This document shows, piece by piece, positions 48,784-58,384 of a stretch of 64,000 bases of DNA; within the stretch, counting starts at the first letter, position 1, and the number at the start of each line of letters is the position of its first letter. Both the position numbers and the translations under genes were made by a program. Below the pieces are notes generated by a model. The model was given only the letters and a program-made list of their open reading frames with translations, searched no databases and had not been told where the DNA came from. Origin of the DNA: an uncultured Spirochaetia bacterium (GTDB taxonomy: Bacteria > Spirochaetota > Spirochaetia > CAZBHR01); NCBI GenBank assembly GCA_964492025.1, contig CAZBHR010000004.1:32713-96712 (forward strand), read 5' to 3'.

Positions 48784-49971
48784 ATGACTGTTTCGGAAAT
48801 AACGACCCAGATAAAGAGAAACTTAGAAACCTCATTCTCCCACGTAAGTATTACGGGAGAGATTTCTAACTTCTCCCCAGCCTCATCGGGACACTGGTAC
48901 TTTACATTAAAGGATTCCAACGCCGCAATATCTTGTGTTATGTTCCGAGGAGCTAACAGTAAAACACTCTGTAACCCAACAGATGGAATGGCTGTTACGG
49001 TAGAGGGAAATGTTTCGGTATACGCTCCTCGTGGAAGTTATCAGATAATTTGTACTACCATGCAAAAACAGGGCGAAGGTGATCTACTAGCAATGCTAGA
49101 AGAGAGGAAACAACGACTTGCAAAGGAGGGTCTTTTTGACCAATCCCACAAGCAAGCACTTCCAAAACTTCCAAAAAAGATTGGAGTTATCACCTCTCCG
49201 ACAGGAGCTGCAATTCGAGATATTTTACAGGTATTGCAACGCCGCAACTCTGGTCTTGATGTGGTGGTACTTCCAACCTTGGTACAAGGAGACGGAGCGG
49301 GTGCCTCTGTTGCTGCAAGAATTCGCCAAGCAAACAGACTGAACATTGCGGATGTACTTATTGTTGGTCGTGGAGGAGGATCTCTGGAAGACCTGCTCCC
49401 CTTTTCGGAGGAAGAGGTGGTACGAGCAATATATCATTCAAAGATTCCCGTAGTCTCTGCGGTTGGCCACGAGGTAGACACCATGTTATCGGATTACGTT
49501 GCTGACTTACGAGCGCCCACCCCATCGGCTGCGGCAGAGCTTGTGGCTGCAAACAGAGAGGATCTAGAAAGAACCATCCAGCAGTGTAGCGAGACAATTG
49601 CTCGGGCTATCTTTCAGAAGATTGAGCGGTTGAGATTACACCTAGGTCAGTACAAAGAGCGGTACTTTGCGGAGAGCCTGCAAAATGTGGTTCGTATTAA
49701 ACAAATCCGTTTAGATGAGGCGGAGTTTCTTATGCGAAATGAGATGCAACACATATTAAGAACCCTCAAAGAGCGAATTAATATTCGAAAAGAAACCTTA
49801 GCAGCAACCTCCCCCTTGGAGGTACTTCGCAGAGGGTACGCAATGGTTACAGACAAGGATGGATCTATTATTATGAGTCCAGACCGAGTTGCTCAGAATG
49901 AGCAGATACATATACAATTTGAAGAGGGCAAAATTACAGCCCGCGTGGAGGATACGAATGAAAAAGTTTGA
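48784..49971 (+). CDS. xseA: Exodeoxyribonuclease VII large subunit
   Basis: The N-terminal OB-fold region TVSEITTQIKRNLETSFSHVSITGEISNFSPASSGHWYFTLKD matches XseA. Confidence 0.92.
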   Translation: MTVSEITTQIKRNLETSFSHVSITGEISNFSPASSGHWYFTLKDSNAAISCVMFRGANSKTLCNPTDGMAVTVEGNVSVYAPRGSYQIICTTMQKQGEGDLLAMLEERKQRLAKEGLFDQSHKQALPKLPKKIGVITSPTGAAIRDILQVLQRRNSGLDVVVLPTLVQGDGAGASVAARIRQANRLNIADVLIVGRGGGSLEDLLPFSEEEVVRAIYHSKIPVVSAVGHEVDTMLSDYVADLRAPTPSAAAELVAANREDLERTIQQCSETIARAIFQKIERLRLHLGQYKERYFAESLQNVVRIKQIRLDEAEFLMRNEMQHILRTLKERINIRKETLAATSPLEVLRRGYAMVTDKDGSIIMSPDRVAQNEQIHIQFEEGKITARVEDTNEKV

Positions 49972-50236
49972 GGAACGGCTTGCAAAGCTAGAAGAGATTA
50001 GTGAACAGATGAGAACAGATTCGCTCCCCCTTGATAAGGCTATGAAGCTATTCGAAGAAGGCACAGCCTTAGCCCGAGAGCTTGATAAGGAGATAACTAA
50101 GGCGGAAAGAAAGGTGGAGCAACTCATATCCCAACCAACCGAAGAGGACATGACTGATAAAAAAATCGAGAAAGAAAGTAGTCCCGCAGAATCTATTGAA
50201 GAAGAGGAGATTATTCTAGATCTTTTTTCTGACTAA
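49958..50236 (+). CDS. xseB: Exodeoxyribonuclease VII small subunit
   Basis: MKKFEERLAKLEEISEQMRTDSLPLDKAMKLFEEGTALAREL matches the XseB helix-hairpin. It overlaps the end of xseA. Confidence 0.88.
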   Translation: MKKFEERLAKLEEISEQMRTDSLPLDKAMKLFEEGTALARELDKEITKAERKVEQLISQPTEEDMTDKKIEKESSPAESIEEEEIILDLFSD

Positions 50237-50241
50237 ATGAA

Positions 50242-50270
50242 GTTATCCTCGTATAATAAGTGAGGATAAC
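50242..50270. terminator. Perfect 9-bp inverted repeat hairpin between the convergent xseB and rnd genes
   Basis: GTTATCCTC-gtataataagt-GAGGATAAC. On the minus-strand RNA the hairpin is followed by UUCAUUU. No U-run follows on the plus strand. Confidence 0.4.
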
Positions 50271-50330
50271 TCGCCACATATAAAACCTAAAAAGTAGCGA
50301 CTGATCAGTGAATGCTTTAGAGCCAAGGTT

Positions 50331-51188
50331 CTATGTTCGTGTAAATTCAGCTATAAGGAACTCTCTATCCTGAGGGGAAACACGGAGGTGAATCAGACGG
50401 CTAGCGCCCTCTTTACTGTACACATCTCGCTTGCACCAATCTAATAACTTGGCGTTTTGTATGACACTATTGGGAGGAAGGTTTACCTCTTTTGCCACCT
50501 TATCTCGTGCATCAAAAAGTGTTTTAAATCGTTCTTGTTGCCTCTTATTTAAATAGCGAAAACCCTTTGCTTTCTTATGCCTATTTATGGTGTTATTTTT
50601 TATAGGGAGTTTTTGCAGCCGACTATTCTCTTTGCAAAACTCATTGAGGAGTTTTTTTTCTGTAAGCGTAGATTCCAATACCTCCTGTAACTGAAACAGG
50701 TGTATCACATCCTGCGCTGCATAACGAAGAGCTCCACTATCTATAGGTCGTCGCATCCAGTTGTACTGTTGGAATTTTTTCTTATTCTCCCCCACCACAC
50801 CGAGAAACTGCTCTAACACAGAGGATAGCCCCTGCTTAGGCGCCTCTAAAAGAGCAACCGCAATACGGAGATCAACGGTGTTTACATAGGATATACCGTA
50901 CCTATTATACAGAAGTGCTGCGTCACTGGATCTATCATATACCACCTTCTCTATAGCAGGATCTTCAAAAAGAGCTTTCAGAGAACTCCAATCAGAAAGT
51001 GCCATAGGATCTATTATAACAGTTTCAATCCCATCATACACCTGTACAAGACAGAGGTGTTCTCCATAGCAGTGAAGATTAAACTCTCCCTCTAGGTCCA
51101 TAGCAACCTTTGGGTGCGGCATGGCAAGAAGTTGTGTATGGTATGCCTGTATTTCTGACTCTGTGGTTATGGTTCTTATAGTATGCAT
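50331..51188 (-). CDS. rnd: Ribonuclease D-like 3'-5' exonuclease (DEDDy) with C-terminal HRDC region
   Basis: The Exo I motif is VAMDLEGEF. LCLVQV and a conserved Y...D motif (YAAQDV) are also present. Confidence 0.75.
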   Translation of the reverse strand: MHTIRTITTESEIQAYHTQLLAMPHPKVAMDLEGEFNLHCYGEHLCLVQVYDGIETVIIDPMALSDWSSLKALFEDPAIEKVVYDRSSDAALLYNRYGISYVNTVDLRIAVALLEAPKQGLSSVLEQFLGVVGENKKKFQQYNWMRRPIDSGALRYAAQDVIHLFQLQEVLESTLTEKKLLNEFCKENSRLQKLPIKNNTINRHKKAKGFRYLNKRQQERFKTLFDARDKVAKEVNLPPNSVIQNAKLLDWCKRDVYSKEGASRLIHLRVSPQDREFLIAEFTRT

Positions 51189-51323
51189 ACAAGCATGATA
51201 GTCAAAGAGAGTATTGATGGCAAGTGCTTATAAAGCCTATTTCTCTTATACCGTCTTGAGTATATTTTCAAAGCTTCTAAAAACTAGGAAAAGAGGGATG
51301 TTCTTCAAAGTCAGATACCTTGA

Positions 51324-52391
51324 CTACTGTACTAGAGAGCCTTCACTCCGATAGGAAGGAGTGTGTAAATATTCTGTAACTATTGTATTAAGCTGGCTGG
51401 TTATCTCAGTAAAATCAGTATCAAGGTCCAAGGTTTTTACGGCAATCCGATTTCCACTCATAGAGTACTCACTGTTTGGAACAACCTCGCCCTGAGACCT
51501 TGCATAAAGGAGCATACCAGAAACCTCATGATTCGCATCGGAAACTTCTAGTTCCTTATTTTTTACGTAAGTAAAAATTTGGTATAAGTTTCCAGAATGC
51601 ACCTTGTGTTTACTGTAGTTTACTTGGGTCATATTTTCGTAGTATTTTGCATCGATAATAAGTGTTTTTTTACGGTATGTTAGCATAATATCGGTTTGCA
51701 TAATGGGTAGCATGTAATTCATATCATTATCGAGTTGCCAAGGAATCTGTGATGCTCTTACGAGAATTTCGGGAAACTCTTTTCGGTAGTACTCAAGCAG
51801 AAACTTCTCATAGAGTCGGTGCATCTGCTGCCCTTCGAGAAAATTCATAAGCTTTGCACTCCCATGAGTGGTACTCTGTAATAGCCCATTCACCACCAAA
51901 TAGCAGATACCTATAAGCATTTGGTAGGTGTGATTATTTCGGTTATACTGCAGGTTCCAGTTAACTCTATAGATGTCGAGCTCATCTACATCACTAAAAT
52001 ACATTAACAGGTTTCGAATCTTTTTCTTTCGAGCTTTATCTATATCTGACCGAATCAATAGAAGAAATGTGGTTTTAATAATCTGATTCATGTAAGTATT
52101 CACCGAGAAATCATCATAGGTACAAACAACCTGTTTTTTGAATAGGCTCATGTCTTTGATAGACTCTGAAACATGAATCCTACCCTTAGGTGAAGATAGA
52201 ACCTCATCCTTTGAGATATACTCCTTACCTAGCCCTCGCTTAATCTGCTGGGTAACTCCCTTGATCAATATTTCGGTACAGAGGTCTTTCGTATGTTCAA
52301 AGTCTTCGGTTGCTACCTGATTGTATCTATCTTCTTGCAATATCTTAAATGCATAGGAAAGCATATGGTAGATATTTTTTACAGGAATCAC
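51324..52391 (-). CDS. mcrC: McrBC restriction endonuclease subunit McrC
   Basis: The C-terminal PD-(D/E)xK-like core is QTDIML...LIIDAKYY. It overlaps the upstream McrB-type GTPase gene by 4 nt. The region is of low GC. Confidence 0.75.
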   Translation of the reverse strand: MIPVKNIYHMLSYAFKILQEDRYNQVATEDFEHTKDLCTEILIKGVTQQIKRGLGKEYISKDEVLSSPKGRIHVSESIKDMSLFKKQVVCTYDDFSVNTYMNQIIKTTFLLLIRSDIDKARKKKIRNLLMYFSDVDELDIYRVNWNLQYNRNNHTYQMLIGICYLVVNGLLQSTTHGSAKLMNFLEGQQMHRLYEKFLLEYYRKEFPEILVRASQIPWQLDNDMNYMLPIMQTDIMLTYRKKTLIIDAKYYENMTQVNYSKHKVHSGNLYQIFTYVKNKELEVSDANHEVSGMLLYARSQGEVVPNSEYSMSGNRIAVKTLDLDTDFTEITSQLNTIVTEYLHTPSYRSEGSLVQ

Positions 52392-54559
52392 TTAATAGAA
52401 CTCCTTAAAGTTTGTATCCACGTATCTACTTTAGTAGGTTCGTCAAACCAATACTCCTTTAATAGAGGAATAATTTCATACTCAACAATGTGGGATAGTG
52501 CAGAATTATTAAGATGTTTTTCAGTTATATCACAAAAATAACTGTGCCCAATACAAAAACCCTCACCCAGAGAGTCATCTGCCACAATAGCATGATTCAA
52601 CTGCACAACACTAGCTATAAGCTTATCGAAGATTTCACTATTAAGATCTGAACGATATTGAAAAAACCCGGCAGTATCAAACGCTGGTTTCATTTCAATA
52701 AAGGCAAATCGTCTACGGAGAGCGTAGTCCAAGAGAGCCAGACTACGATCCGCTGTATTCATCATACCAATAATATGAACATTTTTGGGAACAGAGAATT
52801 TTTCATTTGCGTAAAGAAGTTGTAGTTTATAGCCTCGCTTATCATTTTCAATAAGCATAAAAAGCTCTCCAAATATTTTGCTTAAGTTCCCTCTATTAAT
52901 CTCATCGATAATAAAAAAATAGTCGTTCTCATTATCAATCTCTGCTTCTTTACAAAACTTATAAAAGGGACCTGTCTTTATCTCAAACCCATGTTCCGTT
53001 GGTCGATAACCCATAATAAAATCTTCATAGGAATAACTTTGATGGAACTGAACCATCATAACCTGTGCACTATTTTTTTGACCAATTATAGAATAAGCCA
53101 ACCGTTTAGCAGCATAGGTTTTACCAACTCCAGGGGCTCCTTGCAGAATAATGTTTTTCTTGTTTTTTAAAACTCCTACCACCTCATGATAGGAGTCTCT
53201 ATCCATATATACATCATTAAGAAAATCTTCTGGTGTATAATCTTCATAATCCAATACCATTTCATCAGAGTATTCGTCAGTGTCATCTATAAAAAGATTT
53301 TGAAGAGTCTCGACACACTCTGTCTGAGAGGTTATCTCGGTAAGTGTTTTGGGCATAACCCGTGAAGGATACATCCACTCACCCTTATGAGTCCACTCAA
53401 CATTACGAATATGTTTAAACTCATCCTCTAACATTTTATCGTATTTGTACTCCGAAGAGACAACCCCTCTTCCAATAATGGAGACACTACTGGGCTTACT
53501 TCCCTGTCGTACAAATACAATATCTCCTGGCTTTACCTCATGTACAAACTGCCATGTAGCATGAACACTGTGCATGTGTGACGAGCTCTCCCCAAAGATT
53601 TCTCGCATTTTTTCTTGTATGCTTTTTTTAGTAGAAAAGGAACTAAGATCACCTAGCTCACCCCACCCTATTGCCATAATACCAGCATCATAAAACTCTT
53701 CCCACTTATACGCATTTCTCCCTGGTGCGTATAACCAATAACGTACAGATTCTATATCATCAATATCAAGAGAGTTCGCTTCTTTCTTTTTTTGCTCTTC
53801 TCGTATCTCTTTATTTACCTTCTCTGAAATAATCCACGCATACCAAGAAAGCTCCATTATATTTTTAAATTCATACAACCCAGATTCTAGGAACGATTGA
53901 CAGTAGTCTCGCACCTCAAGGTACTCCTTAGCTGTAGGAGGATTTTTTATCAGAGATCCTATTTTTTTTGCAAAAGCTTCTGAAACATATTCGGGAGTTG
54001 TGATAAACCACCTGTTTCGACCATCTAAATTAACAAAAAAGTTTGGACGAGCCCAATAAAGTCCCATTGTTAAGTTCCATTTTATACCTTTTTGATGAAG
54101 AACTATATCATATAAAGAAGAAAAAGCTACTCGATTATCAAAAGTATCTTCGTTTGCTAATATGATGGCTGATTCAAAGAACATCCAAAGATTATCAATA
54201 TCCTTATCACCACGATCTCCTATAAAATAATAAAAAGCTGTCTTTAAATTATTAGCTACGGGAATCCCATCAAACCGATTTGGGACATCACTAGAAACGC
54301 CAAACTCAAAAGCAATTCCTTTTATAATTTCAATTCTACTACTTCTGCTAATACCTCGATTAAACAGAGCAAATACTGTAAAGGGATCAATATCAACTAA
54401 AGTTTTTCCACGTTCTAAGGTAGGAATTGCAATTCCTATTTTTTTATAAATGTTCTGAATCTTCTCAATAAGCTCTGCTCTATTACTTTTGTACTCCAGT
54501 AATTTGGTTGCAAATTCAGAATAAAAATCTACCCACGTAAAATCAGCTTCTTTCTTCAT
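52388..54559 (-). CDS. mcrB: McrB-family AAA+ GTPase with an extended N-terminal region of about 450 aa
   Basis: The C-terminal half has Walker A ILQGAPGVGKTYAAKRLAY, FFIIDEINRGN, and the McrB signature HIIGMMNTADRSLALLDYALRRRF. The N-terminal half comprises a domain of about 270 aa of unknown type plus a PUA/EVE-like module (YWLYAPG...GIMAIGW...KPGDIVFV). Confidence 0.85.
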   Translation of the reverse strand: MKKEADFTWVDFYSEFATKLLEYKSNRAELIEKIQNIYKKIGIAIPTLERGKTLVDIDPFTVFALFNRGISRSSRIEIIKGIAFEFGVSSDVPNRFDGIPVANNLKTAFYYFIGDRGDKDIDNLWMFFESAIILANEDTFDNRVAFSSLYDIVLHQKGIKWNLTMGLYWARPNFFVNLDGRNRWFITTPEYVSEAFAKKIGSLIKNPPTAKEYLEVRDYCQSFLESGLYEFKNIMELSWYAWIISEKVNKEIREEQKKKEANSLDIDDIESVRYWLYAPGRNAYKWEEFYDAGIMAIGWGELGDLSSFSTKKSIQEKMREIFGESSSHMHSVHATWQFVHEVKPGDIVFVRQGSKPSSVSIIGRGVVSSEYKYDKMLEDEFKHIRNVEWTHKGEWMYPSRVMPKTLTEITSQTECVETLQNLFIDDTDEYSDEMVLDYEDYTPEDFLNDVYMDRDSYHEVVGVLKNKKNIILQGAPGVGKTYAAKRLAYSIIGQKNSAQVMMVQFHQSYSYEDFIMGYRPTEHGFEIKTGPFYKFCKEAEIDNENDYFFIIDEINRGNLSKIFGELFMLIENDKRGYKLQLLYANEKFSVPKNVHIIGMMNTADRSLALLDYALRRRFAFIEMKPAFDTAGFFQYRSDLNSEIFDKLIASVVQLNHAIVADDSLGEGFCIGHSYFCDITEKHLNNSALSHIVEYEIIPLLKEYWFDEPTKVDTWIQTLRSSIK

Positions 54560-54697
54560 ATCTGTACCTCAAGACTCTCAATAAGCCCATAATATTTTGT
54601 ACAGTATATCACAAATCAAGGTATCTTACCAGTAATAGTTATTTGCAAGCTATACATAAACAGAGCGCAAGAAATTACGTACCACATCTATAAAGTT

Positions 54698-55429
54698 TTA
54701 TTTTATCAACCCGTTAATGGCACCAACTAACAGCCCAACCTGCAGAATAATTTTAAAGGATTTACCATTAATCTTCCCAAGAAAAATTTTGCCGATATTA
54801 GCACCAACAAAGCCAACTAGAACGGCAAGAACGCCATTCACTAATACATAATCATTTATCAGTCCAGAGGTACCGTAGGTTGTCAGTTTAATAATATTAG
54901 AAAAGAGAGATGCCGCAGCAGCTGTTCCTATAAAGGTCTCTTTCTTTAACCCCATTTTCATAAGAAAAGGTGTTCGAACCATACTTCCCGCCCCAAGAAA
55001 TCCAGACATAAAACCGTAGGTTCCTCCCAAGGCTATTATTGAAAGGGTGTTTGTTTTTATCTCAAATTTTAATATTCCGAAGATGTCATTTACAATAAAT
55101 AACAGAACAAACAGGGCTAATACTTTCCTTGCAATATCTGTGGGAATCACAGAAATGAGCAGTGCTCCAGTAAGTAGTCCAGGTAAGGAGCTAAGTACTA
55201 GCTTTTTAACCAGCTTTAAATCAATTGAGTTATAAAACATTCGCACCTTAAAGATATTCATAGATAGAAAGAAGATAGTTGCAATTGGAACAATTGATCG
55301 TGGTTCCATAAACATAATAAGAAGTCCATAAAAACTTAGGAGACTGGCAACCTGCAAAACCGAAAGGATAGATGATATAAAAACAATAATAATTAGGTAG
55401 TATTCGATATTTTCAAAAATAATATTCAT
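54698..55429 (-). CDS. TSUP (TauE/SafE) family membrane permease
   Basis: A multi-pass membrane protein of 243 aa whose G-rich motif GAGSMVRTPFLMKMGL is typical of the 4-toluene-sulfonate-uptake/TauE family. Confidence 0.65.
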   Translation of the reverse strand: MNIIFENIEYYLIIIVFISSILSVLQVASLLSFYGLLIMFMEPRSIVPIATIFFLSMNIFKVRMFYNSIDLKLVKKLVLSSLPGLLTGALLISVIPTDIARKVLALFVLLFIVNDIFGILKFEIKTNTLSIIALGGTYGFMSGFLGAGSMVRTPFLMKMGLKKETFIGTAAAASLFSNIIKLTTYGTSGLINDYVLVNGVLAVLVGFVGANIGKIFLGKINGKSFKIILQVGLLVGAINGLIK

Positions 55430-55533
55430 ATCAACCCCTTGAGCTAAGAATAGCTCATTGCTAGAAGAAAATCAATCTTGAGAAACCTAAATAAAATAGT
55501 ATCACTTAGCCATGATAAAACAGCACCTGAGCA

Positions 55534-56763
55534 CTACTTATGCTTATCTCCCCTACAGTATATGAGTAGTCCAATGAAAAATATCAGAGCTAGATAAAAA
55601 AATCCAAGAACACCAAAAAGTTGCTGAATTCCAGTAAATAGAGAAATACCAATCGCAGCACTCATCCATCCAAGTGTGTCAATAACACCAAAAACAGTGG
55701 CTCGCCTGTCTTCAGAAATGGAGTGTGTAAAAGAGTTATATAGGGGCTGTGTAAGACCATCAGATAGAGCGTATACAAAGAAAAGTCCGTAGATTAGAAG
55801 AACATCACTTACAAGAGGAAGGATCAAAAAGACAAATAAAGAACCAAAAAGTCCAATCATAATTGATACCTTGTAACGATTTCGCATTACTAGTACTAAA
55901 GTAAGAGCAACAATTTCTCCAATAAGAATAATCGATTTAACATTACTAAAAAAGAACTCAGAAAATTGAAACTCTTGCATAAGGGAAACAGAAACAATAT
56001 GAGGGATTACTCCGTATGCAAGGTTAAGAACACAGAGAAGTATTGTAAAAAAACGTACAGCTCGATTGTTTCGTAACTCTTTTATCAGCTCTATGATATT
56101 TTGTCTAAAAGAAGATTTTTCAGTAAGTGCAGAACTCACCTTCGAAGGTGTTGTGCTGTCTTTTCTTTGGTGAAATAGGATAATGCAAAAAGGAACTAAG
56201 AAAGTTACACTGTTTAATAAAATTACTACCCGTATCCCAAAATATGTATAAAGATAACCAGACAGAGCAACTCCAAAAATCACAGCAATCCGCCCTATCA
56301 TATTAACCGTAGTTTGATATGGGATAAACCTCTCTTGTTGGAATAACTCTGCGTTATACATATATATGGTTCGCTGAAACATACCATTAAAAAAATTATT
56401 TAACGCCATAAGTATCCCAAGAATAGATGCAAAAAGTAGAGCAGGAACAAAGCTCTCAACCCATAGCAAAAGTAAAAATAAGAAAGAGAATAAAAAAGAG
56501 ATCATTGTAGTAATCAACATTACTACTTTTTTACTTGAAGCAGTGTCAATAATATATCCTGAAACAATTGAAAACAGAGCAGTTATCACGAGAGATGAAA
56601 ATAAAGTTGTACTTGCTCCAAGAATATCAATGGTTAGGTGTGCGGCATATAAAAAAATAGCAGTATCAAATACACTATCTCCAAATCGAGAAATAAGTAA
56701 TGCCATATTTACAATAATAAAACTGTTTTTTTTCTTAGCTATCTCTTTTTCAAATATGTCCAT
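55534..56763 (-). CDS. MFS transporter
   Basis: A 409-aa protein with 12 predicted TM segments and MFS-like loop motifs. It lies in a low-GC region. Confidence 0.6.
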   Translation of the reverse strand: MDIFEKEIAKKKNSFIIVNMALLISRFGDSVFDTAIFLYAAHLTIDILGASTTLFSSLVITALFSIVSGYIIDTASSKKVVMLITTMISFLFSFLFLLLLWVESFVPALLFASILGILMALNNFFNGMFQRTIYMYNAELFQQERFIPYQTTVNMIGRIAVIFGVALSGYLYTYFGIRVVILLNSVTFLVPFCIILFHQRKDSTTPSKVSSALTEKSSFRQNIIELIKELRNNRAVRFFTILLCVLNLAYGVIPHIVSVSLMQEFQFSEFFFSNVKSIILIGEIVALTLVLVMRNRYKVSIMIGLFGSLFVFLILPLVSDVLLIYGLFFVYALSDGLTQPLYNSFTHSISEDRRATVFGVIDTLGWMSAAIGISLFTGIQQLFGVLGFFYLALIFFIGLLIYCRGDKHK

Positions 56764-57031
56764 ACTTTTTCCATTGAAAACTGCTTTCCATTACTCTACC
56801 TCAAATAATTAACATACTTCATTGTATTCCCCTGCATATAATTGTCAAGAAGAGTATTGAAAAGTGTGTATTCAATGCAACTGGTAAGATCGATTCCCCT
56901 GGGAAGATAAAAATTAAAGAGCACTAAGACTCAGATAGAAAACCTCTCTACCCATAACTCAATATAAAACCTCACTCAAAAGAAAAGCCTCCTATCTAGT
57001 ACAACAAGTAAAATTATGGCATGATACAGCC

Positions 57032-58384
57032 ATGAATATTACCAGTGTAGATCAGGGGTTTCAGCAAATTGAGTCCCTGGTAAATTTAGCAAAACAGCAC
57101 ACCTACACCAATAGAACCTACCGTTTAGAGCGGATGTATGGACTTCTTGATTTTTTTAACCACCCTGAAAAATCTTTTAGGATTATTCATGTGGCAGGGT
57201 CCAAAGGTAAGGGTTCTACGGCTCGATCTATTGCTGGTGGAATTGGGGAATGTGGCTTTACCGTAGGAGTGTACGCTTCTCCTCACTTAGTTGACTACCG
57301 AGAGAGAATAACTATGAATGGTGATTTTTTCTCTGACGAGCTTATCCTTAGGGTGATGAAAAAGATGTTCGCAAGGCTTGAACAATTTGAATACCGTGAT
57401 GAGTTTGGTACCGCTGCTCCAACAACCTTTGAAGTTCTTACCCTTCTTGCTCTTCTGATTTTTCAGGAGGCACAGTGTGATTGGGTAATCCTTGAAACGG
57501 GCTTAGGAGGCAGACTTGATGCCACAAATGTGGTAACTCCTGATATGTCTGTTATTACCGCCTTAGAGCTTGAGCATACGGATGTTTTGGGAGACACCAT
57601 TGAGTCTATCGCTCAAGAAAAGGGTGGCATCATAAAGCCAGGAGTTCCTGTGGTGTGTGGTATGCAATCGTTTCCTGAAGCAAGGGAGACCATCCTATCT
57701 ATCGCTGAGACACAGAGATCACCGGTGATTGATCTGCAAAGCTTAATTCTCCATAGGGAGAGCTTTGTTTCCACCGAGGGTACCACAACAAAGGTTATTT
57801 GGAGTACAGGAAAGCAGGAAACACTACACCTCTCAATTGGAGGTGTCTTTCAGGGAGAGAATGCACTTCTGGCTCTGGCAGCATTGACTCATCTATTTCA
57901 GCCCTCCCCTCGATACCGAAAAAAAATCATTAAGGGTATTGAAAAGGCAACCTTAGCTGGACGATGTCAGGTAATAGCTCGTAATCCAGATATTATGATT
58001 GATGGAGCTCACACAGAGAAGTCTATCCAAGGGGTACTAGAAACATGGAATCAACTTTACCCTACTGGAGGCATTTTGATTTTTGGAGCGGTAGAGGGTA
58101 AGAATCATCGTGCTATGGCGAAACAACTGATTCCCCATTTTACACATATTATTATCTCTACCCCTGGAACCTTTAAGCAGAGTAATCCACAAGGGTTAGT
58201 AGAGCTATTCAAAGAACTTGAAGCTCACCCTACTCTGGAGTTACATCCAGCCAAAGCGTTACAACAAGCACGGGAGCTGAGTAACGGGAAGACTCCTATA
58301 TTGGTAACCGGTTCGTTCTATATGATTTCGGAAATAGTACAAGCTCTACGGAAAGAGGAAAAGGAGGCAGAACGGTGTCCCTAA
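57032..58384 (+). CDS. folC: Folylpolyglutamate synthase / dihydrofolate synthase
   Basis: The Mur-ligase-family P-loop HVAGSKGKGST and the FolC-type motifs (VYASPHLVDYRERI, GLGGRLDATNVV) are present. Confidence 0.88.
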   Translation: MNITSVDQGFQQIESLVNLAKQHTYTNRTYRLERMYGLLDFFNHPEKSFRIIHVAGSKGKGSTARSIAGGIGECGFTVGVYASPHLVDYRERITMNGDFFSDELILRVMKKMFARLEQFEYRDEFGTAAPTTFEVLTLLALLIFQEAQCDWVILETGLGGRLDATNVVTPDMSVITALELEHTDVLGDTIESIAQEKGGIIKPGVPVVCGMQSFPEARETILSIAETQRSPVIDLQSLILHRESFVSTEGTTTKVIWSTGKQETLHLSIGGVFQGENALLALAALTHLFQPSPRYRKKIIKGIEKATLAGRCQVIARNPDIMIDGAHTEKSIQGVLETWNQLYPTGGILIFGAVEGKNHRAMAKQLIPHFTHIIISTPGTFKQSNPQGLVELFKELEAHPTLELHPAKALQQARELSNGKTPILVTGSFYMISEIVQALRKEEKEAERCP

